Source of the DNA: an uncultured bacterium | GTDB lineage: Bacteria > Chloroflexota > UBA5177 > JANWHV01 | DNA: 64,000 nt | NCBI GenBank assembly: GCA_963729625.1 | Contig: CAVSOU010000017.1 | Span: forward strand, 32,001 to 96,000 | Reading direction: 5' to 3' | Shown here: in pieces, positions 19,107 through 29,353 of the stretch | Numbering within the stretch: position 1 is the stretch's first letter | Layout of the letters: every line of letters begins with the position of its first letter | Program-made: the position numbers and the translations under genes | The notes under the pieces: generated by a model | What the model was told of the DNA's origin: nothing | Databases searched by the model: none | Seen by the model: the letters and a program-made list of their open reading frames with translations, nothing else

Positions 19107-21833
19107 GTGGTGCGGGACCCGATCGGCGCCCACGTGGACCTGATCTTCGGAATGGCTACTGACGGCCATGCGTATCCCGACTTCCCCGGCCAGGCGCAGG
19201 GCGCGCTGCACTCGACTGTCGTCGGCCCTGGAAGCTTGCTCGAAATCCTGGAATCGCAGCTCGGCCTGACCGGTCCACACAAAGCAGAGGCGGTGCGAAG
19301 AGCCGCCTATACGGCAAAGCTGCGCGCGGCGTGTCTCGCGAGACCAGGTTGCTTCTTCGCGGCATCGCTTGCCAAGGACCCCTGGGCCACGACCGGCCTG
19401 CTCCTCGGCCGGCGCGACCAGCTCGTGGAAGCTGGGTGGCCGGGCACGACGATCGGGGCCAATCGCGTCGACGACCTTGCTGCTGCCGAGACCGCCGGCC
19501 CAGATCTTCCAGTCGGTCCGGCCGACCGCTATCGCACCGTGCTGGCGAGCCTGAACGATACGGCGACGCTCGACCTGGCATCCTTAGCGGTCATCGGCGG
19601 TTGTTCACTCTTGCCGCCGCCCTGGCGGCGCCTGGTCGCGGCACTGGCCGCTTGCGGCGTCACGGTGCACGATCAGCGCGGTATCGAGACGTCGACACCG
19701 GCATCGGACCTGCAGCGCGCGCAGGACTTCCTGGCAACCGGCAGTATAGGCCCGCTGCTTGGGGATGGCTCGCTCGTGCTGATGGAGGCCGACACCAGCC
19801 TGATCGCGGCAGAGGCGATCGCCGAATGGCTTGCCGCCGGCACACAGGAGCAGCTGGAAGGCACGGTTGTCCTCAGCCCAGATGGCGATACCGCTCTGCT
19901 GGATGCGATGCTGCGCGCCCGGGGCCTCCCGGCGCTGGGCCAGTCGTCGCACTCTCCCTGGCGCGGCGCACTGCAGGTGTTGCCGCTGGCGTTCGCCATT
20001 GCCTGGAAACCGTTTAATCCACAGGCCTTGCTGGATCTCCTGCTGCTACCTATCTCGCCGATCGGCCCATCGGCGGCACGCGAGCTGGCGTATGCCCTCA
20101 CCCAGGAACCAGGTACGGGGGCGGATGCCTGGGCGCAGGCCTGGACACGGATCGATCACGAACTCAGGGAACAGCAGACCGACGGAAACCGGGGCGCCCC
20201 TCACAGAGCGGCGCGGCTGAACCGCTGGCGCAACTGGACTACGGGCGGGCTCTTCGATCGCGCGCCGGGGATGCCTGCCGCGGAGGCGCGTGCAATCGCC
20301 ACGCGGGTGGCGGCGTGGGCGAACACGATGAACGCCGGCGCCAAGGGTGCATTGTTCGGCGCCGTGGCCGGGGCCGCGAGCGCCCTGATGGAGGCTATTG
20401 ACGTCCTCGGGCAGGACCCGCTTCCGGGGTTGCTGCTGGACCGCATGATCGAGCAGGTCCTCACCCCGGGCGACCCGAACCCTGACCATCTGGCAGAAGC
20501 AGGCGGCCTGCGCTGCGTCACGCACGCCGGCGCCATTTGGACGCCGGCGGCGCGGGTGGTCTGGTGGGATTGTAAGGGTCCTGGTGAGCGGGCGCCATCC
20601 ACGCCGTGGAGCACGGCTGAGTTGCGCGCGCTGGAGGCGAGCGGCTGCCTGCTCGAAGAACCGCCAGCCGCCGCGGCGCGCATTGCATGGGGCTACGCCA
20701 ACGCGGTGCGGATGGCCGGCGAGCGCCTGATGCTGGTCTGCCCGTCGTTCTCAGGTGGTGAGGAGACGGTGAGCCATCCGCTCGCCCACCAGCTCGATCC
20801 GCTGTTGCGGCCTGCCGGCGCGTTGATTCGCTGGCGTGCCGAACAGTTGCTCCAATGCAACGTGAACCTGCTGGCAGGACGGACAATGTTGCGACGCCTG
20901 AGCACCGCCTGGACTCTGCCCCGGCTCTGTGCACGGTGGACCTTGCCCGTGAGCGCGACGGACTGTCTGGCCGGCCGGTCTGAGAGCGCGACGAGCTTCG
21001 AGCGGCTGATCGAGTGCCATCTCCGCTGGCTTCTCGTCGACGTGCTGCACCTCAGACGGGGCTGCTTTGCCGAGATCCCATCGACGAATCAGCTTCTGGG
21101 CACCCTGGCCCACGCCATCGTGCGTCGGGTGCTCCTGCCGGGCCTGCCTGGAGAACCCAGCGCGATCCAAGCTGCCGTTGCTCTTGCCTTCGATGAGTTT
21201 GTGCCCGCGATCGCCGCGCCATTGCTGCAGCCCGAGCACGCAGGCGATCTGGCCGAAGCCCGGAGCAGGATCCCGGCCGCCGTCGCTCACCTCGTCGATC
21301 TGCTGCGCCAGAGGAACCTGGTGGTTGTGGCGACTGAGGCGGCGCGCGAGACCGCGTTTGCGGGCGGCCTGCCGGTCAAGGGACGCCTCGACCTGCTCGT
21401 CAGGCATCCGTTCGAGGGCTTGGGTGTCATCGATCTCAAGTGGACCAGGAGCAGTAAGCGCCGTCGCGAGGAAATCGTCGCGGGGCGGGCGCTGCAGCTC
21501 GCCACGTACGGCGCCATCGCCGATGCGGATAGCGCGCTGCCCGTTCCCGGTGCCTACTACTTGCTCAGGCAACGACAACTGATGGGCGAGCGGGGCTCGT
21601 TCGTGGCGGAGGAGGAGCTCGCCACGGCACGAACCTTGCCGGACACCTGGCACGACCTGGTTGCCACCTGGCATGTCTGGCACGACCTCGCGCTCAGTGG
21701 CACGGTGTTGGCCCTCGGCGCCGAGGAGGCTGCCGCATACACGCCGGTTGGCGTGCCGATCTGCGCCGGCGAGGAGCCCTGCCGCTATTGTGAGTTCACC
21801 GGCTTGTGCCGAATTGGCGCCGAGGAGGTTTAG
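19107..21833 (+). CDS. AddB-like protein with C-terminal PD-(D/E)XK nuclease
   Basis: SATSFE..IEC, KGRLDLL, VIDLKW, LQLATY, and C-terminal CRYCEFTGLC Fe-S cysteines. Confidence 0.85.
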   Translation: MVRDPIGAHVDLIFGMATDGHAYPDFPGQAQGALHSTVVGPGSLLEILESQLGLTGPHKAEAVRRAAYTAKLRAACLARPGCFFAASLAKDPWATTGLLLGRRDQLVEAGWPGTTIGANRVDDLAAAETAGPDLPVGPADRYRTVLASLNDTATLDLASLAVIGGCSLLPPPWRRLVAALAACGVTVHDQRGIETSTPASDLQRAQDFLATGSIGPLLGDGSLVLMEADTSLIAAEAIAEWLAAGTQEQLEGTVVLSPDGDTALLDAMLRARGLPALGQSSHSPWRGALQVLPLAFAIAWKPFNPQALLDLLLLPISPIGPSAARELAYALTQEPGTGADAWAQAWTRIDHELREQQTDGNRGAPHRAARLNRWRNWTTGGLFDRAPGMPAAEARAIATRVAAWANTMNAGAKGALFGAVAGAASALMEAIDVLGQDPLPGLLLDRMIEQVLTPGDPNPDHLAEAGGLRCVTHAGAIWTPAARVVWWDCKGPGERAPSTPWSTAELRALEASGCLLEEPPAAAARIAWGYANAVRMAGERLMLVCPSFSGGEETVSHPLAHQLDPLLRPAGALIRWRAEQLLQCNVNLLAGRTMLRRLSTAWTLPRLCARWTLPVSATDCLAGRSESATSFERLIECHLRWLLVDVLHLRRGCFAEIPSTNQLLGTLAHAIVRRVLLPGLPGEPSAIQAAVALAFDEFVPAIAAPLLQPEHAGDLAEARSRIPAAVAHLVDLLRQRNLVVVATEAARETAFAGGLPVKGRLDLLVRHPFEGLGVIDLKWTRSSKRRREEIVAGRALQLATYGAIADADSALPVPGAYYLLRQRQLMGERGSFVAEEELATARTLPDTWHDLVATWHVWHDLALSGTVLALGAEEAAAYTPVGVPICAGEEPCRYCEFTGLCRIGAEEV

Positions 21834-21836
21834 GCG

Positions 21837-24800
21837 ATGCCCGCGCCGCGCATAAGCACCGTCGTTGCCGCGGCCGGCGCCGGCAAGACCACGCGCATCG
21901 TGCAGAGCATCGCCGAGGCCGTGATGACGCGCGCGCCGGAGGATATCGTCGCTACGACCTTCACCGTGAAGGCGGCAAACGAGCTGATCGAGCGAGCCCG
22001 CGCCCACCTTGTCGAAGCAGGTCGGTCGGAGATAGCGACCCGCCTGCTTGGCGCGCGATTCGGCACCGTGAATGCCATTTGCGGCCAGATGGCCGCAGAA
22101 TACGCGCTTGATCTGGGCCGCTCTCCATCCACGGAAGTGATTCCCGAAGAACAGGTGGCGCGCATGTTTGCTATCGCCGCGGCCGACGCTATCGCTCGTC
22201 ACGCGCCGCTGCTGCACCGCCTTGGCACCGCGTTCGGGTTTGATGAGCCGGTAGCCATGGGGGAATCCCCGGACTGGCGCAACACGGTGCGACGCCTGAT
22301 CGAGCTTGCACGAGCCAACGGCATCGGCTCGGACGGGCTGGCACGATCGGCGCAGCGGTCGGTCGAGACCTTTCTCGCCTTGCTGCCTCCAGCGCAGGCA
22401 GCCGGCTCCGTCGCCGTACTGGATGGGGAACTGAACCAAGCGGTGGCCGCCGCAGTGGCGGCGATCCCCGAACCCTGCAGTGCCACGGCAACCAAGTCAG
22501 TCGACCTGCTCCGCCAGGCTCTGGCAGCCTTCGGGCGCGGCGATCACCTTTCATGGCCCGACTGGGCGCGACTCTCCAAAGTCGACTGCGCGAAGAAGGA
22601 CGGACGGCCGTTTGCCCAGGCGCTCGACGACGTGAAGCGGGCAGCGGAGCAGCACACGTACCATCCTCGCCTGCGGCGCGACTGTGAGATGTTCATTCGC
22701 ACGCTGTTCAGGTGTGCCGCAGAGGCGCTCGAGGCCTATCAGGCCTACAAGGCCGAGCGCGGCCTGCTTGACTTCGTCGATCAGGAAACACTGGCACTGC
22801 AGGTCCTGCAAACACCCGGGCTGGCAGCTCGACTGGGCGAGCACATCGGCCGCGTCTTTGTAGACGAGTTTCAGGATTCCAGTCCGTTGCAGATCGCGAT
22901 CTTCGCGGCACTGGCCGAGATCGCGGAAGCCAGCACCTGGGTCGGCGATCCCAAACAAGCAATCTATGGCTTTCGTAATGCCGATACCATGCTCACTCAG
23001 GCTGCCTTCCACGGCGTGATGGCGGAAAGCACGGAGTCCCCGGCAGTGCTCTCGAAGTCCTATCGCAGCCGGCAAGGCATCGTGGAGTTTGTCAATGCGG
23101 CCTTTGGTCCGGCCCTGGCGGCGATGGGTCTTCCCTCCGCGCAGCACGCCTTCACAGGTACGAGTCGGCTGGATGACGCGTTCACGCAGCCTCCCTGTGC
23201 GGTGTGGTGGCTGGACGGCAACAAGCAGATGCGGGCAGCAGCCCTGGCGGGCGGCGTTCACGACCTCCTGGCCACCGGCGAGGCCTGGGTGGTCGAAGAC
23301 CGCGCCGGCGCGGCGCGACCCGCACGCCCGGGTGACATCGCCGTCCTGTGCCGCAGCAACAGCGAGGTGGCCGGCATCGCCGCCGCGCTCAGCCGGCTGG
23401 GCACTATGGTCGCAGTGGCGCGCGAGGGCCTGATCGCCACGCCACACGTCCAGATGATCATGGCCGCCGTCAGATGGACGGTCGATCCGTCCGACCGTCT
23501 GGCACTGGCAGAGCTGGCGCGGTTCTTCGCTGAGGATGCGGCGTCGGACCTCTGGCTGCAGGCGGTGAGCGCAGTGGAGCCGGACGAGGCACTCCGTGCC
23601 GCAGTGCCGATCTCCTGCGATCTTATGGAACTGCGTGGTCAGCTTCTCAAGCTCACGCCCGCCGAGCTGGTCGACGCGGTGATCGCCCTGCCGAGGGTCA
23701 TGGCGCTCATCGCGCGCTGGGGCGATCCGGCGATGCGTCTGGACGATCTCGAGGCCTTGCGAGGCTGTGTCCGCATCTACGAGACGGAATGCGCCGGCTC
23801 GGGTACGCCGGCAACGCCGTCCGGATTCGTCGTGGCGCTGGCAGCCACGGAGCCGAAGCGACCCAAGAGTCTGCGGCCGGATGCGGTCACGGTGCTGACC
23901 TACCACGGGGCCAAGGGTTTGGAGTGGCCGATCGTGATCCTCACCGGCCTGGACAGCGCGCCGAGACCGCGCCTCTTCGATCAACCGGTGGCGGAAGTCG
24001 AGGGCTCGCTCGATTGGCACGACCCGCTCGCCGGGCGCTGGATCCGCTACTGGCCGTGGCCCTATGCAAGCCAGCAGAAGGAGGTCTGCCTCGACCGGAC
24101 CGCCCTGGACGCCGCGCTCGGGCAGGCAGCGGCATGCCGTGCCTGCGAGGAGGAGGCCCGGCTGCTCTACGTCGGCGTCACGCGGGCACGGGATTACGTG
24201 GTGTTCGCGCCGGCGTGCACCAAGCCTGATCCGCAATGGCTGCAGGTGCTGGATGGGCCGGAGCAACCGCGTCAGCTCGTATTGCCGCAAGGCGCCGAGA
24301 TGCGAAATCCGGGCTGGCAACCTGACCTTTCCCGCACGCGTCAGCCGGCTGGTCGCCGGCGACACGGCGTCGCCCCGCCCGGTCAGGCACGCGTACGTGC
24401 CGATCGAGCGCACGGCGACAACGCGCCTCCCCCTGCGTCGCCGGCCCAGCGACGAACACGACCAGGTTCCGTTCTCGGTGGTCGCACGTTTCAGGCTGGG
24501 ACCACGACTGCCAATCGTCGGTGATCCAGACATGAAGGTGCTGGGTACGGCCGTGCACGCGGTGCTTGCCGCCGATGTCAGTGGCTGGGACAGAGACAAG
24601 CGCATAGCCAGAGCCAGTGCCATCCTGGCTCGCTGGGGCGTGCACGAGATCGCGCCATGCAGCGCGATCGAGGCGGCAGACCGGCTCGACGCGCAGATTC
24701 GCGCCCTGTGGCCCACGGCGCGCCTGCGCCGAGAAGTACCGATCCAGGCACGCCTCGGGACACAACTGGTGAGCGGCCGCATTGACCTTCTCGTCGAGGA

Positions 24801-25002
24801 CGCCGGCGGGTTTGCCGTGATTGACCACAAGACCTTCCCGGGGTCGTGGGACCTGTGGGAATCACACGCGGCAGCGGATGGCGCGCAATTGGGCGTCTAC
24901 GCACAAGCAATCGCCGCGGCGACCGGCAGGCCTTGCCGGCGGCTCTATGTGCACATGCCGATCGTGGGCATGTTGCTGCAGGTTGCGCCCACTGACGGAT
25001 GA
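21837..25002 (+). pseudogene. AddA-like UvrD helicase-nuclease, frameshifted near 24300
   Basis: AAAGAGKT, VDEFQD, VGDPKQAIYGFR, TYHGAKGLEW, LLYVGVTRAR in one frame; GRIDLL..VIDHK..QLGVY nuclease in the -1 frame. Confidence 0.85.
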
Positions 25003-25145
25003 ATGTGATTACCTTTCCCGGCCGAGGTGTGGAAGAGATTCGCCAGGCCTTCCGGGACTGCGTGGATTTCTACCTGGCGTACTGTGCCAAGTGCGGCCAC
25101 GAGCCCGAGCAACCGCGTCCGGTCACCCAGTTGGCCGCGAGCTGA
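24999..25145 (+). CDS. HicB-like small ORF or fragment (48 aa)
   Basis: Manual translation MNVITFPGRGVEEIRQAFRDCVDFYLAYCAKCGHEPEQP; ATGA overlap with the helicase stop. Confidence 0.6.
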   Translation: MNVITFPGRGVEEIRQAFRDCVDFYLAYCAKCGHEPEQPRPVTQLAAS

Positions 25146-25149
25146 CGTG

Positions 25150-25500
25150 CGGAGCGCGGCAGTCTCAGCACGGGATGTGTGGGTCGTGGGCTGCCAGATG
25201 GGCGGCAACGGTACGACCAAGAAGGCCGTCACGCTGGCCGAACATTGGGATGGCAGCCATTGGCGCGTCGTACCCAGCCCGAGTCTCCAGGCCGATGGGA
25301 ATAGCCTGGCCTCGGTCGCGGCCGTCTCCGCGCACGACGTGTGGGCGGCGGGGTCCGGCCGGACCAAGAGCAGCACCTCTCCCTTGCTGCTGCATTGGGA
25401 CGGCGTACGCTGGAGCCTGGCCGGTGCGGCCAACTTCACGGGCGCTGTGACCGGCATCGCGGCTATCTCGGCGCACGACGTGTGGGCTGTGTCAGGAGCG
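25150..25500 (+). pseudogene. Fragment of a secreted WDG-repeat beta-propeller protein
   Basis: Repeats AVSARDVWVVG / AVSAHDVWAAG / AISAHDVWAV and HWDG..W. Confidence 0.7.
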
Positions 25501-25620
25501 GTCATGCAGTGGCCGACGTCGTCCACGAGCACGCTCTGCGGCCAATGCGGCTCCTGCGGACAGCAGTAGCGTGCTCAGCGCCGCAATTACTTGCCTACTG
25601 GAATTACCCCCGACAGGCTG

Positions 25621-25941
25621 CTAGTCGATGGGCATCTCTGAGTCGGCTGGCTCGAAGCGTTTCCCGACCAGGCTCCTGCTCTCTATAAAGCGGTACCAGT
25701 TCAGCTCTTGCAGGAGTTTGGTGTGCGCCTGCACTGCCTCAATATCCGGGAACTGCTCGAGACCGAACCATGGCCATTCTTCAGAAGCCCAACTCGAATC
25801 GCAAAGGACAACGGGCTTGCCACCAGCCTTCTCCAACACCGCGACAACCTTCCGCAAGAGGTTGGACTGCTCTTCTGAGGACAACTGAAACCATGCCTCC
25901 GTGGGCCTGCCTTGAAACACCTTGTAGATAGGTTCCGACAT
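25621..25941 (-). CDS. Conserved hypothetical small alpha/beta-barrel-like protein
   Basis: GGAGG RBS; coherent 106-aa ORF with a QFPDIEA motif. Confidence 0.75.
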   Translation of the reverse strand: MSEPIYKVFQGRPTEAWFQLSSEEQSNLLRKVVAVLEKAGGKPVVLCDSSWASEEWPWFGLEQFPDIEAVQAHTKLLQELNWYRFIESRSLVGKRFEPADSEMPID

Positions 25942-26081
25942 GTCAAACCTCCGTTGAGATTACGCTCTGCGCGCTCAAGTGGTGATGTCGTGCCACCCCG
26001 CTCTCATCGCCGGCATACACCCAGTGTCCGTTCTAGTCCGGAAACAGACCCCGTCACTCGTGTGGTGCTCCTTCTGCGACC

Positions 26082-26465
26082 CTACGACCCGGGAGCCCCA
26101 ACCAGTTCCCACTCCTCAGCGATCTTGCCACCGGAATAGTGGCAGGTGTCGAGGACTGTTGCCCGCACGGGCTTGCCTGTGGGAACCTCGGTGTCATGCA
26201 CAGTAAGGCGAACGGCCACACTGTCGCCCTCGACAATCATGTCTTCAAGCGTGACGTGCATATCGGGGCCGGCGTCCGCGAGAATCTTGCGCGTGAACTG
26301 TCGTACGCCTGTTGGACCAGGCGGCAGATTGGGGAAACCGGGATCGTGCAGGACACAATCGGCGGCATAGAACTCATCTGCCAGCGTGTCCAACAGCCCC
26401 TGGTCCTTCCTGTTCAGCGCTTCGAGCCAGCGGTGCATATCCTCCTTGTAGTGGTCCGCGGACAT
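26082..26465 (-). CDS. SnoaL-like ester cyclase (NTF2 fold)
   Basis: PDMHVTLEDMIVEGDSVAVR, GGKIAEEW; AAAGGAG RBS. Confidence 0.85.
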   Translation of the reverse strand: MSADHYKEDMHRWLEALNRKDQGLLDTLADEFYAADCVLHDPGFPNLPPGPTGVRQFTRKILADAGPDMHVTLEDMIVEGDSVAVRLTVHDTEVPTGKPVRATVLDTCHYSGGKIAEEWELVGAPGS

Positions 26466-27109
26466 CGCTCTTCTCCTTTGTGAATCAGGCATCTCGTCGC
26501 CCAAGCTGATGGCTTCCGTTGCGTCAACCTATGGCAGCCTCTCCCCTTTGTTCCCGATCACCACTCTTTCGCTTCCCTGCATAAGTGCCTCCTTCACGCC
26601 GGGCCAAAGCGGCTAGAGCCGCCTCCACTTCTTCTACGCTGTGCTCTCCAAACCCTTCATACCGCCGGATGGCGCATTCCGAGGATCAGCCCGGCCGTGT
26701 TCGCCCACGTGCTGGACGAGACGAGAGCAGCCTACAATGCATAGGTCGCGAGGACAGCCTCACGCCAGCTCGCCGGATCCTGTCGATCGACGGCCCATCG
26801 CACCTGGGCGCGGGAAGCGATGGAGCGCCCGCACCTCCCAGTGTTGCCGCAGCCGCATCATCGCTGCCGCCAGCAGAAGGCGTGACAGGGCACCGGCACA
26901 GCATGCGCCGCTTCGCGGCACGCATTTGAGCCCGGTCCTGGGCACGATCCCTCCAGGATCAGATACCGCCTGAACGCGACACGCTCGCGGCCATCCGGAT
27001 GCGCGTGCACACCATCGAAGGAACTGTACTCAGTGTAGGCGCCGTTTATGAGAGGAGGATGAGAGCCTCATCGCTGCTGGTGGCCAGAAGCTGATGCACC
27101 AATCTCGAC

Positions 27110-27390
27110 CGGCGTGGCTGCCGCTACGTGCTGTATCCACACGGTAGAACGGCCCGCAGACATGCGGCAGATGCTCCGGCGCGATGCCGGGGCCACTGTC
27201 GCGCACCGTCAGGGTCTCGCGGCTGCGCTGGACATTGCCCCTAACCTGCACGCTTCCGCCGCGAGGCGTGTACGCGACGGCATTATCCAGCAACATGCTC
27301 ACGACCTCCCGCAGCTTGAGCGCATCACCTTGGACCAGCAGGGGGCCCTCCATGTGTGCTTCGAGCAGCTGAGCTTTCGCCTCGGCAAGG
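27110..27390 (-). pseudogene. Histidine kinase HATPase_c fragment
   Basis: LLDNAVAYTP, VRDSGPGI, FYRVD; no HisKA domain, G2 box lost. Confidence 0.8.
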
Positions 27391-27458
27391 TGGTGCGTGC
27401 GGTGTATGCCAGGTTGTCGGCACGCTGAGCGCAAGCACGCGTCGTTGCACGACCATAG

Positions 27459-28361
27459 TCAGCCGCAGCAGCCAGTGCCGCTACCGCAGCAGCCGGAACC
27501 AGATGCAGCGGTAGCAGTGCTCGTGGGCAGCGTCGCCGTGATCGGCTTGGTCGCACGGACGAAGGCGCTGGCCATCTTCCCATCGGCTGCTTCCCAGCCC
27601 TCCGGCAGGGTGTTCGCGTCCAGGCCGGCATCAGCCACCGTGTACCGGCGCGTGACTTCGATCTCCACATCCTCAAAGCCCGCCGCCGTGAGCAACTCGA
27701 CATACACGTCGGACTCCAGGGCGCCGGCCAGACAGCCCACCCAGGCTTCCAGGTTTCTTCGCAATGCCGCAGGCACCGGGCCCTCCGCGATCACGTCGGA
27801 GACGGCGAAGCGACCGCCCGGCTTGAGCACGCGATAGGCTTCCCGCAGGACCTGTCCCTTATCGGCCGAGAGATTGATCACGCAGTTGCTGATCACCACG
27901 TCGACCGAATGCGCCGGCAAGGGGATGCTCTCGATCCGCCCTTTGAGGAAGGCGACGTTCTTGGCGCCGGCCTTCTCCTTGTTGGCCTGCGCCAGGGCCA
28001 GCATCTCGTCCGTCATGTCCAGGCCGAAGGCAAAGCCCGACGGACCCACGCGCCGCGCGCTGAGCAAGACGTCGATGCCGCCACCGGAGCCAAGGTCGAG
28101 GACAGTCTCGCCCTCTTTGAGGTCGATCAGGGCCGTGGGGTTGCCGCACCCCAGGGAGGCAAGCACGGCTTCCTCCGGCAGCCCAGCCGTCTCGCTTTGG
28201 TCGTAGAGGTCAGCCGTGATGGCGGCACCGTCCGCGGCAGTGCCACAGCAGCTACCACCGCCGGACAAGACGCGCACCGCGGTGCCGGCATAGCGCTCGC
28301 GCACGCGATCCACGATGTTTTCGGCCGCAGCCGCCGCGTCACGGTTGGACTGAGTGCTCAT
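27459..28361 (-). CDS. arsM: Arsenite S-adenosylmethionine methyltransferase
   Basis: SLGCGNP, LDLGSGGGID, ISNCVINL, WVGCLAGA; Cys pairs at both termini. Confidence 0.93.
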   Translation of the reverse strand: MSTQSNRDAAAAAENIVDRVRERYAGTAVRVLSGGGSCCGTAADGAAITADLYDQSETAGLPEEAVLASLGCGNPTALIDLKEGETVLDLGSGGGIDVLLSARRVGPSGFAFGLDMTDEMLALAQANKEKAGAKNVAFLKGRIESIPLPAHSVDVVISNCVINLSADKGQVLREAYRVLKPGGRFAVSDVIAEGPVPAALRRNLEAWVGCLAGALESDVYVELLTAAGFEDVEIEVTRRYTVADAGLDANTLPEGWEAADGKMASAFVRATKPITATLPTSTATAASGSGCCGSGTGCCG

Positions 28362-28411
28362 GTGCATCTCCTCATTGAGGATTGTCGATGTATTGGCGCA
28401 AAAAAGGGGAA

Positions 28412-28771
28412 TCAGGGGAACGAATGCACGGCAGATAGGCAACTCCTTCCGTACTCTGTCGCCCAGTAGAACGACCAGATGCCGCGCTTTTCCATATTGA
28501 TCAGCCCCGCCTCGCGCAGCAGTCGCAGGTGATGGCTGATGGTCGGCTGGTTTTGCTCGAACCGCTCAGTTATGTCGCACACGCAAATCGGCTCGGACTG
28601 CTGCGCCAGCAGGTCGAGCATGCGCAGGCGCGTCGCATCCCCCAGCACCTTGAGACACTCGGCCAGCGACGCGGTACGTGCCAGGGACAGGCTGGGCTCC
28701 TCCACAACCGAGCAGCAGGGCTCGTTCTTGTGGCGAATTGGTAAGGGACGCGTGTATGTCTGCGTGTTCAC
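28412..28771 (-). CDS. arsR: ArsR/SmtB metalloregulator
   Basis: PCC N-terminal pair, LGDATRLRML, ICVCD, QPTISHHLRLLREAGL. Confidence 0.92.
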   Translation of the reverse strand: MNTQTYTRPLPIRHKNEPCCSVVEEPSLSLARTASLAECLKVLGDATRLRMLDLLAQQSEPICVCDITERFEQNQPTISHHLRLLREAGLINMEKRGIWSFYWATEYGRSCLSAVHSFP

Positions 28772-28777
28772 GCCCTG

Positions 28778-28808
28778 AGCATAGCACAACGCATCGACAT
28801 ACGTCAAT
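28778..28808 (-). promoter_or_regulatory. arsR promoter with overlapping operator-like inverted repeat
   Basis: TTGACG-18 bp-TATGCT (TG extended) ending 6 nt before the GTG; ATTGAC-N4-GTCGAT imperfect palindrome over the -35. Confidence 0.65.
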
Positions 28809-28833
28809 ATATTCCTGCCGGCTCGCGCCCTTT

Positions 28834-29313
28834 TCAGACCGTAGTACCGCCGACCTTTGGTCTATCGCGCAGCATGACAACCGCGGAAGCGGGGCACGCG
28901 CTCGTAAACTCGACCGAGGCCCGCACCGGCTCTGGCGTGGCATCACGCGCAATGCCGTGAAAGCCAAAGCGCGGGAAATAGGCGGCCGCGGTGGTCGTGA
29001 GCAACACCACTTTAAGACAGCCGGCAGCATCGGCATGGCTGAGGGCTGCGTGCACGAGCTGAGCGCCAAGCCCGTTGCCGCGTGCCTCCGACGCCACTGC
29101 CACGGACCGCAGCAGCGCTATGCTGCCGTAGCGCTCGACGGCCGCACAGCCCACTATCTGGCCGGCAAGTTCCGCGACGAGGAAGTCGCTCACATGCTCC
29201 TCGGCCCCGGCCAACGGCAGAGCCGAAGCAGTTAGCAGTGCCGCGATCCGCGGCCAGTCATCGAGTCCTGCCGATCGAATCGCCGACCAGTTCACGATGT
29301 GCGCTCCACCCAT
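28834..29313 (-). CDS. arsN2: Arsenic-resistance N-acetyltransferase (ArsN2-like GNAT)
   Basis: LLRSVAV, LLTTTAAAYF, SVEFTSACPASA. Confidence 0.85.
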   Translation of the reverse strand: MGGAHIVNWSAIRSAGLDDWPRIAALLTASALPLAGAEEHVSDFLVAELAGQIVGCAAVERYGSIALLRSVAVASEARGNGLGAQLVHAALSHADAAGCLKVVLLTTTAAAYFPRFGFHGIARDATPEPVRASVEFTSACPASAVVMLRDRPKVGGTTV

Positions 29314-29353
29314 GTGTCTATCGTAGCGTGATAGGAGGCTCACGCAGCCGGTT

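Noticed and set aside
20751-24830. Long antisense ORFs (562 and 759 aa)
   Set aside because: Shadow frames of the high-GC addAB-like genes; no motifs.
26600-26680. Minus-strand IRRYEGFGEHSVEEVEAAL resembling the RNAP alpha-CTD HhH motif
   Set aside because: Too short, and no start or context to support it.
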